The notes: generated by a model from the sequence alone, not told the origin. DNA of 64,000 nt from Planctomycetota bacterium (GCA_965223265.1 OZ244999.1:6112001-6176000), one strand, 5' to 3'. Counted from the stretch's first letter, positions 39,057-49,685 are shown. Translations and numbers: made by a program.

Positions 39057-41129
39057 TCACTCCACGCAGACGTCGAACTCGTCGGGCGACGGATCAAACC
39101 CAGGCGATGGATACGGCGGCAGCGGCGGTGGGCCGCCGACGAACAGGAAATTGAGCGACGCGATCGGGTCGCTGATGTCGACCTGGCCTCCGTCGTCGAA
39201 GTCCACCGAATCTCGGCACGGCGGATCTTCGGCATTCGCTACGAAGAGGAAGTTCAGCGTCGCGATCGGGTCCGCGATGTCGAGCTGCAAGTCGCCGTCG
39301 AAGTCGCCGCGCAGGAAGCGCTTCAGGAACGGCGGACCGTCACCCAAGATCATCACCTCGGCGCTCTTCAGCGCCGGTACTCGCTTTTGGCCATCGACGA
39401 TAAAGATGTTGTTGATGCGGCTGATCTTTGGATCGTTCACAAGCGCCAGAGTTGTACTCTGACCCGCTGGCGCATCCTCAGCGATGTCGAAGACTGCGTG
39501 CACCAGCGACACATCGCGTCCTGGAGGCAAACGCGTGCCGTCAAACGGCTCCCTCGTCTCAAAGACCACACCGATCTCAACATGCGTCCCCTGATCCACG
39601 GTCACCGACAAATCGGGCGTGATGCGCGCTGCTGCAACTGCCCCGAGACTAAAGTCCGAACGTACGAACTGCAGGAAGTCAGAGTCGTACGTCATCATGG
39701 TTTGGAATCCCTGGATCGGCTCGTTCGTCGTCGCGATGACGGGAAACCAGACCTCTGAGTCTCCGGGCTGCACGAGTTGATCGGTCAGGTGCATCGAGAA
39801 GAGAGGATCCTGGACGACGACGAATTCTTCGAACTCGATAAAACTCGTCACGCCACCCGGGCCACTCACGGTGAGGCTCACGGTGTAAGCTCCCGGGTCG
39901 TTGTACACATGCAGTGGATTCTGGACGTTCGACACCTGCCCATCGCCGAAGTCCCACAACCAACTGTCAACAGCCCCCGTCGACGTATCCGAGAATTGCA
40001 CCTCAAGCGGCACTCGACCAGACGTCACATCTGTCTCGAATGATGCGGCCGGCGTACACGCATCGCTGGCGTAAATCACCTCGTCGTCGTTGCGCACAAA
40101 CGTCACGTGGAGGCCGCCGAAAGAGTCACTGTCGACACTCGGAAGCGACTCTCCTGCGGCGGTTTCCGTCACCCGCAGTGGAGCATCGAACGCCGTGCCA
40201 TCGCCGCGCAGCACGTACACGTCGCCATCGTTCACATAAGCGAGAAGAACGGTGCCGTCAAGTTTCACCCGCATCTCCGAGTCGACGACGCCGCCGATGG
40301 CAATCAGCTCCGGCGTCAAGAATCCTGATCCGACCATCCTCGAGAGATAGAGCGCGCTGATCGTGTCGAAACTCACGAGCACGACGCCATCTGGTGTCAC
40401 TCCAACCGACACGGACGTCTCCCCGATCGACGGCGTGTTGGTCACCGGTGTTCCCGGAGGGAACGACAACGTGTGACTACTTGTATACTTCACGTCATTT
40501 CCGTCAACGTAAGCGACGTGAACTTCGCCATCGTCGTCGACGAAAATCGCCGGACAATCGCCGCTCGGCGAAACAACCACTGGCTCACTCATTGAACTTG
40601 AGCGATACATGACTCGCGGCACATCGCCAACGCGCTGCGCCCAAACGACGTGTGGTTCGCCGGCAAGATCGAGCGCCAACTGCGGCGCGTAATCGTCGAC
40701 GCGGTTGTTCGAAAGATTCTCCGGTGGCAAGAAAGAGCCACCAGTATTGTTACCCAGCAGAATCTCTCGGCCGAGCAGCGGGTCGGACCCAACCTGACTA
40801 AAGGCCAGGTGAGTCACACCACTGGAGTTGGTCGATAAGCTGGGGTCGCCAGTCGCACCAGCACCGACGTTCAGCGGCAAGTCCTGCGTTCCGATCGAGG
40901 TGATGATCGTGAGCGTCAATTCATCGTCGACGACGCTCGCCGCATAGGCGTTGTTAGCGGTGTCGAGCGCCAACTGTGTTTGAGTTGCCTGAACGACCGC
41001 CGAATCGAGAGGCCGTTCGTTCCAACCTTCGCAATCTTCTTGAGCGAACGAGGAACCCGCCGAGAAAAGAACGACGGCGCACCACATGGCCATCGCGCAA
41101 ATCCTACTTCGTTCGGATCTCTGAGGCAT
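39057..41129 (-). CDS. Secreted propeller-like repeats + PKD + cohesin-like + dockerin-like protein
   Basis: Signal peptide. PKD: SWLWDFGDG..HVYNDPGAYTVSL. Cohesin-like: FPVIAT..IQGFQTMMTYD. Dockerin-like: FLRGDFDGDLQLDIADPI..DFDDGGQVDISDPI. Confidence 0.8.
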   Translation of the reverse strand: MPQRSERSRICAMAMWCAVVLFSAGSSFAQEDCEGWNERPLDSAVVQATQTQLALDTANNAYAASVVDDELTLTIITSIGTQDLPLNVGAGATGDPSLSTNSSGVTHLAFSQVGSDPLLGREILLGNNTGGSFLPPENLSNNRVDDYAPQLALDLAGEPHVVWAQRVGDVPRVMYRSSSMSEPVVVSPSGDCPAIFVDDDGEVHVAYVDGNDVKYTSSHTLSFPPGTPVTNTPSIGETSVSVGVTPDGVVLVSFDTISALYLSRMVGSGFLTPELIAIGGVVDSEMRVKLDGTVLLAYVNDGDVYVLRGDGTAFDAPLRVTETAAGESLPSVDSDSFGGLHVTFVRNDDEVIYASDACTPAASFETDVTSGRVPLEVQFSDTSTGAVDSWLWDFGDGQVSNVQNPLHVYNDPGAYTVSLTVSGPGGVTSFIEFEEFVVVQDPLFSMHLTDQLVQPGDSEVWFPVIATTNEPIQGFQTMMTYDSDFLQFVRSDFSLGAVAAARITPDLSVTVDQGTHVEIGVVFETREPFDGTRLPPGRDVSLVHAVFDIAEDAPAGQSTTLALVNDPKISRINNIFIVDGQKRVPALKSAEVMILGDGPPFLKRFLRGDFDGDLQLDIADPIATLNFLFVANAEDPPCRDSVDFDDGGQVDISDPIASLNFLFVGGPPPLPPYPSPGFDPSPDEFDVCVE

Positions 41130-41222
41130 TGACTCATCCTCCTGCCGTCTCGTCGGCACAGATTATCATTCTTTGGTCTTCGGTGTTGAAGCTACACAGC
41201 ACTCTTCAACAGGCTGCTCGAG

Positions 41223-43289
41223 CTATTCACAGTCCAGAAGCTCATCATCCGTCGGATCCAATCCGGGACTCGGATACGGAACAGCCGGGGCGTTGCCGCC
41301 AATGAACAGAAAGTTGAGAAGTGAAATCGCCGAACTGATGTCGACCGTCCCGACATCGTTGACGTCTGCTGCGTCGAAGCAGACGGGCTCATCCGAGTTG
41401 GCGATAAACAGAAAATTCAAAATCGCGATTGGGTCTGACAAATCAATCGTTGAATTGTGATCGAAATCGCCACGGATAAAAAAGCTCAGTCTTTCCTGTT
41501 CAGCGGTTGCGATCCGAACTTCTGACGCCTCGAGAACCGGGCGCACAGAGATTCCGTCAATCGCAAACGTGCTGAGAATCCTGCTACCAGTATCGTCGAC
41601 GAGTAACTCCACAGATGTCGAGCTGCCGCGCGGCGCCGACGCGTCCACGTCGAAGACAAGATGCGTCAATCGACGATCAAGACCGGGCGCCAAGACTCGC
41701 CCGTCAATAGGTGTCAGAATATCGAAGACGCAGCCGATCTCGATCAAGTCTCCGTTATTTGACGATTCGTAGAACTCGGGATTGAGAAACTCCACCGACG
41801 TGCGAGCCAGATCCGAACGCTTGAACGACAAGATCGCAGGGTCAAAATGTGCAAGGATCTGAAATCCCTCGAGCGGCTCGGCGAAATCGCCCTGCACTGG
41901 AAACCAGACGCCGTCCTGCCCGGCGCGCACCAACTGATCCGGTATCCGCATTCTGAAAAGTGGCGGAGCCACAGTGACGAGCCCGGAGGAAGAGACACTG
42001 TGTGACCACCCGCCTGGGGCATAAACCGTGAGCTCGACAGTGAAAGTACCGCCAACATTGAACGTGTGGAGAGGACTCGCGAGGGACGATCCAGATCCGT
42101 CGCCAAAATCCCACTTCCAGCGTGCGATCGTTCCCGTCGACACACTCGTAAAACGAACGTCGAATGGCGCGGTGCCTTCTGTCGGCCCAGAGAAGAACGA
42201 AGCTTGGGGAGGACACACGTCAGAGGCGTAAATCACATCCGAGCCACGCACAAAAATCCCATGCGCATTACCGAAACTATCGAGCGCGAAACGCGGATGC
42301 TCCTCAACCTCAGGCGTGTTCGTCACCGGTTCCGGATCACCAAGGCTCGCCGCTGGGCCGCGCACCAGTTGAATGTCTCCGCCTGTGACGAACGCGATCA
42401 GCGTTTCACCGCCCGCTGCCACGTCGAGACTGGGTGCTGTCGCCTCACTCGCTACCGGCCGCGGCGCACCGAACTGACTATTTCCAGCCCCGCGTTCGAC
42501 GACATATATGGTTTCCCCACTCTCGAAGACGCCGACCAAATCGCCGGAGAACGTCCCCTCAAGACTCAGGGACCCTGGAGTCACACCGCTGACCCCATTG
42601 ATCGTCGTCGGCGTCGTGAAGGAGCCTCCGCTTCGCGAAGACTGCAAGAGTGAGCCGGATCGCAAACACAAGATGTGAGGAACGTCGTTCGCGTCGACCG
42701 CGAGCGCGGGCGACACCGCATTCGCGACCGCTTCCATCGGTCTGCTCAATCCCGGATTCCAGTACATCACATGAGGCTGGCCGGAGATCTGTTCGACCCA
42801 CGCGACGTGTGGCACGCCAAGAGAATCGATCACAAGCGGGGCGTGCCCACTCAGGGCAACAAAGGATAACGTGTCGGCCTGCGAAAACTGGCCGCCGCCG
42901 TTACTCGACAGAAGGACCCTTTGACCTCCCGTACCCGACTCCGTGTAGACCAGGTAGGTCGCTCCGAGTGCCGTACTCGCAAACGACGGGTGGCTCTGGT
43001 CGGACGACGGACTGATGGGAACGTCGACCTCGAACGTCGGTCCCAAGATTCTTGCGGCCAACTGGCCGTCACCGACCCAACCGACGTAGGCATTGTCGGC
43101 AACGTCGAATGAGAAAGCCGTGTCTCCGATCGTGTTCCCTTGCTGCAGGGCGAACGGCCGCTCGCGCCAAGCGCACTGCGCCGACAAAGGTCGCTCGGCG
43201 AAGACGCTCCCAATCAGCAACGTTAGGAACGTGGCACCGAAGACAAAGCGCCCACGAGCCAGCCCTTCGAAAGAGCGAGCACTCATCAT
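41223..43289 (-). CDS. Paralogous secreted PKD + cohesin-like + dockerin-like protein
   Basis: Same architecture: WKWDFGDG, WFPVQG..LEGFQILAHFD, FIRGDFDHNSTIDLSDPI..DVNDVGTVDISS. Confidence 0.8.
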   Translation of the reverse strand: MMSARSFEGLARGRFVFGATFLTLLIGSVFAERPLSAQCAWRERPFALQQGNTIGDTAFSFDVADNAYVGWVGDGQLAARILGPTFEVDVPISPSSDQSHPSFASTALGATYLVYTESGTGGQRVLLSSNGGGQFSQADTLSFVALSGHAPLVIDSLGVPHVAWVEQISGQPHVMYWNPGLSRPMEAVANAVSPALAVDANDVPHILCLRSGSLLQSSRSGGSFTTPTTINGVSGVTPGSLSLEGTFSGDLVGVFESGETIYVVERGAGNSQFGAPRPVASEATAPSLDVAAGGETLIAFVTGGDIQLVRGPAASLGDPEPVTNTPEVEEHPRFALDSFGNAHGIFVRGSDVIYASDVCPPQASFFSGPTEGTAPFDVRFTSVSTGTIARWKWDFGDGSGSSLASPLHTFNVGGTFTVELTVYAPGGWSHSVSSSGLVTVAPPLFRMRIPDQLVRAGQDGVWFPVQGDFAEPLEGFQILAHFDPAILSFKRSDLARTSVEFLNPEFYESSNNGDLIEIGCVFDILTPIDGRVLAPGLDRRLTHLVFDVDASAPRGSSTSVELLVDDTGSRILSTFAIDGISVRPVLEASEVRIATAEQERLSFFIRGDFDHNSTIDLSDPIAILNFLFIANSDEPVCFDAADVNDVGTVDISSAISLLNFLFIGGNAPAVPYPSPGLDPTDDELLDCE

Positions 43290-43678
43290 TCTCCTCGCGT
43301 GTTGGTACGGTCGCTGACGGGACGCTGATTCGTGGCTCGAACCCCAATGCCACATCGACAGCGCTGTTCACACCGAACACGAGTCGAATCGGGCAGCACC
43401 GGTCTCAAGAACAGAGACTCAACGGCGCGAATTTGGACCCTGCGCCGGCATCGCCACAAACGAGAACCACTCGCCGCGATCCGACCTTTACCCTACCTTC
43501 GCCTCATCTCGGTGACTTGGTAGAAGATAGATTCTACGGTGCGGCGACAGCTGGTGGAACGAAAAACTCGCCCCCGATCCGTGACTTGGACGAGCGCGCA
43601 GCTTGAGCTGACACTGTCTACAGCCGCAAGCACCCCCACCCTAACGGGTTGGGTAAGTCTTCGTTAACGCCTTGCCCC

Positions 43679-44377
43679 TCAATCGAAAATCTCTAGCGAC
43701 TCGATGAAATCGGTGCGAGGCGGCGGCTTACCGCCCGAGAGAACGGCCCGCGGTGTGTCGTAGATGTCGTAGAACCAAGAGCTGAATAAATAGGTGACAC
43801 CGATTCCTGCCGCGATCCCCCCGGCGCCATAGAGAGTGTAGGCGACCGGGTCAGTGAAATCTGCCCCAAGGACGTCACTGTCGTCTTTGTCGAGAAAATA
43901 GCCTCCAACGATGGCACCGCCGCCCACTGCAGTGAGGACGTAGCCGAACTGACCGAGACGGCTGAGGCGACGCGCGGTCGTCTTGTCGCCCGCATACCAG
44001 TGCCCGATCCCGTGCACGAAGATGCCGGGAAAGATGGCCAGGGCGACGCCGCCCGCGGCCGACCACTTCGATGGCTTCTTCGCCTCGAACTCTTCAGGAT
44101 CGTCGTCTTCGCCGTAACGATAGATGTCGCGCTCTGTCTGCTCAGACGCGCGAAGCGCCAGACTGAGACGTGCACTTTGGATCGCCGACATGTCAATCGA
44201 CCGCGGCTGCAGCGCACAGCCGATCGATGCAAGCGCGAAAACTACAGGAGCGCCCCATCGAAATGCAGCATGTGGCAGCCGACGACGCGCAACTCCCTGC
44301 GGACGGCAGCACGCGTTGAGGGAGCCGGAAAACTGCCTGCCGAATGAGTGTCGAAGGGAGTGCCGAAACGACCGCAT
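43679..44377 (-). CDS. Hypothetical membrane (lipo)protein
   Basis: LASIGC lipobox-like motif; PGIFVHGIGHWYAG and Gly-rich TM segments. Start uncertain. Confidence 0.6.
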   Translation of the reverse strand: MRSFRHSLRHSFGRQFSGSLNACCRPQGVARRRLPHAAFRWGAPVVFALASIGCALQPRSIDMSAIQSARLSLALRASEQTERDIYRYGEDDDPEEFEAKKPSKWSAAGGVALAIFPGIFVHGIGHWYAGDKTTARRLSRLGQFGYVLTAVGGGAIVGGYFLDKDDSDVLGADFTDPVAYTLYGAGGIAAGIGVTYLFSSWFYDIYDTPRAVLSGGKPPPRTDFIESLEIFD

Positions 44378-44589
44378 GGATCACCTTCTGTGCCGAGGGG
44401 GAAGTTCAACTCCAGAGAACTCTTGTGAGTTATATCGGCACTTTTCGCGAACTCCTCGACCCCGACGCACGATTTTCTCAAGATCCATGCTCCGACGATC
44501 GCCGTCAGTTCGCGGTGGCCTGAGCGCAAAGCTTCAACCCTCTCGGCTTCGCAGGAGCATCCTGCAGCAGGCGGACGCCGCGGAGACAC

Positions 44590-44648
44590 AAAAAAAAACG
44601 CCACCCCTCTGCCAGCGGGCTCGCGAGTGCGCCGGCGAAGGGGTGGCG
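44590..44648 (-). terminator. Rho-independent terminator
   Basis: Stem CGCCACCCCT / AGGGGTGGCG followed by a T9 tract on the minus strand. Confidence 0.7.
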
Positions 44649-44672
44649 AACGATCCGACATGATCTCGGCTT

Positions 44673-44805
44673 AGCCTGAAAAAGTCATTCGGCCGAAGAA
44701 ACTGGCCTCTTCACGCCCAGCTCGACCGCGTCAATACTCGTTTGCCGCAGCCGATCTGGACGCGAAGAGACCAGTTTTCGGCTCGAAGCACTTTTTCAAC
44801 AGGCT
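44673..44805. repeat. ~133-bp palindromic MITE-like element
   Basis: ~48-bp imperfect inverted arms with IS-like ends AGCCTG(TTG)AAAAAGT. Confidence 0.55.
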
Positions 44806-44807
44806 GG

Positions 44808-45770
44808 TTAGGGCAAGAACTCGAGCGTAGCGAAGGCCTCGTCAACCGCTGCCATGGTCGCGTCCAGATCGTCCTCCTCGCCTGGAGCGAAGACCGAAAA
44901 GAGCCAGACGCGGTCCTGGTCGACACAGATCGTCTGTTTGACCAAGACGGAGTCGCCGCCGCGCGTGCCGCGGCTGACGATTTCATAGCCGGTCCGGCCG
45001 GCAATCTCGGCCGATCCTTCGCTGAGCACCTCGAGACTCTCGAAACTATCCTTTTGCTCTTCGCGAAGCAGGTCGACGTACTGCTCCGGGCTGAGCGGCC
45101 CCTTCTCAAGCGACACAACGCTGAAGCTCGACGCGCCGCCTTCGTCGGCAGAACCGCGAAAAGCCAAGATCTGAGAATTGCTTTGGTCCACCCAATCGCT
45201 CGGCGGCCGAACGCGCACACCAAGATCGGAGCGCTCGATCGCCTCCTCAGCAAGTGCAGGACGGCTATCGACACGGACGACCGGCGTCTGCGTGACGTCG
45301 CCTGCGTCCCGACCCGTGTTCATCAATCCCCCGCCATCAACATCGCCGTCCGCGCCGTCTGCGAGACCCGCGGCTTGAGCGAGATAGTCCAAGCGACCGC
45401 CAGACTCTCGGGACATCTTCGAGATCAGCAGGTCAAGGCTGGCCGGCAACTCTTCTGCGTCTGCCGTCTCCGACAGCAACGAAATCTGCCCCGAGCCGTC
45501 GTCGTCGCTCGCGGCGGCTTGACGCGCCTCCTCAAGAAGAGTGAGTCGCTCTTCTTCGCCGACCTCGAAGTTGACCGAGTCAACGAAACGGTGGGCGATC
45601 GTCATCTTGCCGTGAGGCCAGCCGAGGATCAGCCCGTCGTCGTTGCGGTCGACGATCCGACCTTCGATGATGTATCCGTTCTTCATGAAGATACTACCGG
45701 CGTCGCCGGTATCGCTCACGAAGACAAGTGCGCTAGTCAAAAGCGCGACGGCGATAGTCTTGCCGTTCAT
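44808..45770 (-). CDS. Exported protein, N-terminal 'MKNG' beta-hairpin and C-terminal PsbP/DcrB-like domain
   Basis: Signal peptide; SIFMKNGYIIEGRI; GVRVRPPSDW..IAGRTGYEI..FATLEF. Confidence 0.6.
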   Translation of the reverse strand: MNGKTIAVALLTSALVFVSDTGDAGSIFMKNGYIIEGRIVDRNDDGLILGWPHGKMTIAHRFVDSVNFEVGEEERLTLLEEARQAAASDDDGSGQISLLSETADAEELPASLDLLISKMSRESGGRLDYLAQAAGLADGADGDVDGGGLMNTGRDAGDVTQTPVVRVDSRPALAEEAIERSDLGVRVRPPSDWVDQSNSQILAFRGSADEGGASSFSVVSLEKGPLSPEQYVDLLREEQKDSFESLEVLSEGSAEIAGRTGYEIVSRGTRGGDSVLVKQTICVDQDRVWLFSVFAPGEEDDLDATMAAVDEAFATLEFLP

Positions 45771-46645
45771 TTGTTCACCTCACCGGCAAAAGCTGTTTTG
45801 ATCGCGAGACTGAATTTGGCCCGAAAGGCCTCTTCGGAAGCCGCTGCGAGAGCGTCGGCGTCCACGGCAGGCGTCTTCTCGGATCCTGTTTGTTTGGGGG
45901 GAGTTTTCGCCGGAATCACGCGCGCGGGCTTCTCAGTGCGACTGCTGGCCACGGCGATGCGGTTGAACGGGTCAAGTCCCAGTTTGTCGGGAAAGAAGTA
46001 GAGCCCCGCGGCCGCAATCGCCGCCAACGCCGCCATGGAAACAAGCGCCTTCCAGGCACCGCCGCCGCCGCGACGAGCGGGTTTCTTTCGCGAGCTCTGC
46101 TCAGGCTCGTCAGCAAGCTCAGACTCCAGATCGTCGTGGAAGTAATCTTCGTCAAACGGCGCGTCTTCGTCGTCATCCAACATCAGGTCGTCAGCAACCT
46201 GTGTCGCGAGCCCGTCCAGGTCGCCGACAGGATCCGTCGGCTCCTCAGCGATCAGACACTCTTCGGTGGCATCAAGGAGGTCCGTTTCAGTTGGATTGGA
46301 CGCCCGCAGTCCGACCTGCGTCGCCGTCGGGCTCGGAGCCATCTGCTCGGTGACGTCGATCGCCTCGGTTTCCACCATCGGAATGGCCCCTTCTTCGTCC
46401 GGGAGGAGGACGAAGACGTCGTCAGAACCCACTTGGGTCGGGACCGTCTCAGTGACGTCGATCGCATCGTCCACCGTCTCGGTGGCGTCGAGCTGATCGG
46501 TGAGCGCCTCCGTCATGCCCTCGGTGAGGCCTTCGGTGGGGCCGTCAGCGGCAGCCATCTCCTCGGGGAGGAGAACGGTCAGATCGCCCTCGGCGTCGAA
46601 CGCCTCGGCTTCTTCATTGGGTTGATCGGGCTTCTTATCGGTCAT
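45767..46645 (-). CDS. Acidic low-complexity protein with single TM
   Basis: D/E-rich N-terminus, one TM; ATGA overlap with the next gene. Confidence 0.7.
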   Translation of the reverse strand: MTDKKPDQPNEEAEAFDAEGDLTVLLPEEMAAADGPTEGLTEGMTEALTDQLDATETVDDAIDVTETVPTQVGSDDVFVLLPDEEGAIPMVETEAIDVTEQMAPSPTATQVGLRASNPTETDLLDATEECLIAEEPTDPVGDLDGLATQVADDLMLDDDEDAPFDEDYFHDDLESELADEPEQSSRKKPARRGGGGAWKALVSMAALAAIAAAGLYFFPDKLGLDPFNRIAVASSRTEKPARVIPAKTPPKQTGSEKTPAVDADALAAASEEAFRAKFSLAIKTAFAGEVNK

Positions 46646-46862
46646 AGGAAACGCTCTCCGCGGCCAGACTCTCTACTGCAAACTATTTATTAGCAATGAT
46701 TTAAAGCATCTCGGCAGGCCATCGGCCTAAGAAGAATACTTTGGCCAGAGAATGTTGTCAAACCGGGCGAAGCCTCATAATGACCTCGGAACAACGCAAC
46801 AACTCTTTGCCGCGACACGTCTTACTGGTAGAGATTGGGTGAACCGCAAACTCCAAGAGCCG

Positions 46863-47486
46863 ATGGATTCGAAGGCGCAGGGCTCGACCCCCAGGCAGAG
46901 CTACGAGGACGACTCCCGGTCGATCGAAGTCATTCGCCGAGCCGGGCAAAGTCGCGAGGCGGAGGAGGCGTATCGTCACCTGGTCGAAAAATACTGGGAG
47001 ACGGTCATGCTTCTTGCAGCCAGTAAGATACGAGACGTCAGAGAAGCGGAAGATGTCGCGCAAGAGTCGTTTGCACGGGCCTTTCGGTCCCTCGACCGCT
47101 TGCAGGAACCGTCAGCGTTCCTCGGCTGGCTGCTTCGCATCACCCGAAACATCGCTACTGATCATTTGCGGACGCGAAGATCAGAGCTACCGCTCAGCGG
47201 TCTCAATCCAGCAACGATCGAGAGCGGTCGCAAACGCGCCACCGAAAGCGAAGATACCGACCACCGGGAGAGGAGCGAACGAGCCGAAGAAGTTGAAGCC
47301 GTTCTTCAAGCTCTTCAAGAGTTACCGGACGCTTATCGCGAAGTGATCACGCTGAAGTACCTGCACCAGATGGATGGAAGAACGATGGCTCGGAAACTAG
47401 GTGAACCTGAGGGCACAATTCGCAACCGACTCTTTCGAGCTTTGCGCAAACTGCGGCAAACCCTCGAACCGAGGACAATGTCATGA
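46863..47486 (+). CDS. ECF RNA polymerase sigma factor
   Basis: EAEDVAQESFARAF..FLGWLLRITRN; LPDAYREVITLKY..GTIRNRLFRA. Confidence 0.92.
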   Translation: MDSKAQGSTPRQSYEDDSRSIEVIRRAGQSREAEEAYRHLVEKYWETVMLLAASKIRDVREAEDVAQESFARAFRSLDRLQEPSAFLGWLLRITRNIATDHLRTRRSELPLSGLNPATIESGRKRATESEDTDHRERSERAEEVEAVLQALQELPDAYREVITLKYLHQMDGRTMARKLGEPEGTIRNRLFRALRKLRQTLEPRTMS

Positions 47487-47980
47487 CGGGGCCGAGCCCA
47501 CGAAATCCTGACGTTTGCATCCACACTCAAGAAGCCCTGAATCAGATGTGGCTCGACGGCAATCTACCGGCACCGCAAACGGTCTCAGCTGGCGGGGACC
47601 CGCTTGCGGCCTGGCTGCAGTCGCTGCCGACTCCGGCGCTTACCGATCGCGAAGCGGACGACCGGCACGGTAAAGAGACGCAGAACTCGCTGATCGAGCA
47701 CTGGAAGTCTTGCGCGGTTTGCCGGCAAGAAGTGACCGAAATGCTTCAACTCGACCAGACACTCCACGCGGGAGTGGTGGGGATTCGTGACACGCTAGAG
47801 CCTCGAAGTGCCGAGGGCATCGATGCGACTCTGCGCCGTATCCGCGGTACGCCGCAGGCAGAGTTTCTTCGCCACTCGAATCGAGCGCTACGACTGATCC
47901 TATGGGTTGCGCTGATCTCGCTCGGATTCATCGCTAGCGCCGGGCTTGCCGTGGCATTGTTCCATGCGCTCGCCGGCTAG
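47483..47980 (+). CDS. Putative zinc-binding anti-sigma factor
   Basis: EHWKSCAVC (HxxxCxxC); C-terminal TM; coupled to the ECF gene. Confidence 0.7.
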   Translation: MTGPSPRNPDVCIHTQEALNQMWLDGNLPAPQTVSAGGDPLAAWLQSLPTPALTDREADDRHGKETQNSLIEHWKSCAVCRQEVTEMLQLDQTLHAGVVGIRDTLEPRSAEGIDATLRRIRGTPQAEFLRHSNRALRLILWVALISLGFIASAGLAVALFHALAG

Positions 47981-48021
47981 ATGGTCTCGATCTCGATGGT
48001 CTCGCCGTCGCACCTGACAGC

Positions 48022-49122
48022 TCAGCGCTGCATGCGGCGCAGGAGTGCCATCTCGACGTCGATCTCCTCGCGCGTGAGGATTTTCTTCTTCACGAGCAGA
48101 CTGCAAGCGGCTTCCCACTGCAGCGCGAGCTGCGAGTCGACGGCTGCAGCCTGAGCGCTCGGGACAATTTCTTCGAGCAGGCGGCGATCCGTATCCTGCG
48201 TGGAGGAATCCTCGGCGACGCCAGAATCGGCCCGAGGAGGCACCGCCTCCGAAGGGGCAGGTGGCGGCGAGACGAGTGGAATCGCGACGGAGCCCTCGCG
48301 CTTGGCAACGACCGATGTGACAGCCGGTCCAACATCAACGGACTCGGCGTCGCTTACCGATGCTGGCGCCTCCGCGGTCTCGGCAGGCTTTTCGTCTACC
48401 GTCGGGGCCGCTTCGGGAACTGGAGTGGAGGCGGGAGCGGTGGCTTCGGCCTCGTCGTCGTCACCCAGATCCAGCGTCACCTCGTGCTCACTCGTCATCC
48501 GAGGTTTGGGTTCAGCCTGCGGTTCCGTTTCCTGAGCAGCGAGCTCCAGAAGGGAATCGGGAACATCCTTTCGAGCGCGACGAATGTACTCAACAAGCCA
48601 ACGCGCGGCGCGCGGTGCGTCCAAGCTGAGCGAGTAAATCTCGACCCCCAGAATCGACTGCACCTTCGTGATTACAGCTTCGGGAGTCTCGCGCCCGTGC
48701 CCAAGAATCAGCCGGCGTGAATCGTGTTCGCGGCAAGGAAAGAACACGACCATGAGGTATTTGTGTACGAACTCGGAAGGAACCTTGTCGAGGACGCGAT
48801 GGTGGATCTTCAGCGCACTCGCGTCAAGGCTGTCGAGCGTCAGAGCCGCAACGCCGCGGCGTTCGACATTCGGAATGACCTCGCTTCCTTCGGCCACCGT
48901 TTTCTGTATCTGCTCGACCTCGTACGCGCGCAGCATTCCCAGCTTCAGGAAGATGTCGGTGATCGATCCGCCGACAGACCTCTGGTAATCGTAGGCCGCT
49001 TTGATCTGCGCCTCTGTCAGCACACCGTTCTTAATGATGAGCTGTACAAGTTGAACGTCGTCTGCAGTTAGATCCTGTGTTCCTGCCATACCGCCGGGCT
49101 CCGAGACACACTCCTGATTCAA
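48022..49122 (-). CDS. MshEN/GspE N-terminal-like protein without ATPase domain
   Basis: QLIIKNGVLTEAQIKAA..Q, DIFLKLGML, VLDKVPSEFVHKY; Pro/Glu linker. Confidence 0.55.
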   Translation of the reverse strand: MNQECVSEPGGMAGTQDLTADDVQLVQLIIKNGVLTEAQIKAAYDYQRSVGGSITDIFLKLGMLRAYEVEQIQKTVAEGSEVIPNVERRGVAALTLDSLDASALKIHHRVLDKVPSEFVHKYLMVVFFPCREHDSRRLILGHGRETPEAVITKVQSILGVEIYSLSLDAPRAARWLVEYIRRARKDVPDSLLELAAQETEPQAEPKPRMTSEHEVTLDLGDDDEAEATAPASTPVPEAAPTVDEKPAETAEAPASVSDAESVDVGPAVTSVVAKREGSVAIPLVSPPPAPSEAVPPRADSGVAEDSSTQDTDRRLLEEIVPSAQAAAVDSQLALQWEAACSLLVKKKILTREEIDVEMALLRRMQR

Positions 49123-49685
49123 ATGATGGCGTCGACAGCGACTGTGTCGAGGTAGTTCGGTTCGCTAAGTTGAGATTCGCACTTCGTGCACTGGTACGTG
49201 CGTTCGGCCTCGAAATCTGCGACGTTGAAGTGGCAGTCGCAAACTGGGCAGACGAGGATTCGTTTACCCTGCTCAGAGAGCACTTCGAGAACCTGTTGCA
49301 CTGTCATCAGTTTCTTCGAAACCAGGATTTCGCCGAGCCGAAACCGAAGATTGACTCGCTGCAACCGTTCTTGCTCCAGCAAGGCGTCCTCCAGAGCATC
49401 GGGCGTGATGAAACCTGCAGCAATGGCCACTTGCCCAAATCCTTTGTCGCCCGCACGCGCTTCTTTGGCGCTGCGCAGGTACTTCCGAATCTTCTTGCGG
49501 CGGACGCTCAAAATCGTGTCAAGTTGCTCCTGGGTCAGATACCCACGCTGGAGCAAGAGATCGCCAAGCGGCAACCCAGATTCACCGGCTCGCTGCTCGT
49601 TCAGACACTCACCAAGTTGCTCCTTGGTCACGTAGTTGTTGAATAGAGCGATTCGCGAGAACAGGTTTTCGTCGAACTTTGACAT
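49119..49685 (-). CDS. MshEN-like repeat protein with C-terminal zinc ribbon
   Basis: LPLGDLLLQRGYLTQEQL, FGQVAIAAGFITPDALEDALLEQ, RLGEILVSKKLMT; CPVC..CTKC. Confidence 0.65.
   Translation of the reverse strand: MSKFDENLFSRIALFNNYVTKEQLGECLNEQRAGESGLPLGDLLLQRGYLTQEQLDTILSVRRKKIRKYLRSAKEARAGDKGFGQVAIAAGFITPDALEDALLEQERLQRVNLRFRLGEILVSKKLMTVQQVLEVLSEQGKRILVCPVCDCHFNVADFEAERTYQCTKCESQLSEPNYLDTVAVDAII

Noticed and set aside
44742-46001. 419-aa plus-strand ORF
   Set aside because: Antisense to well-formed minus-strand genes.
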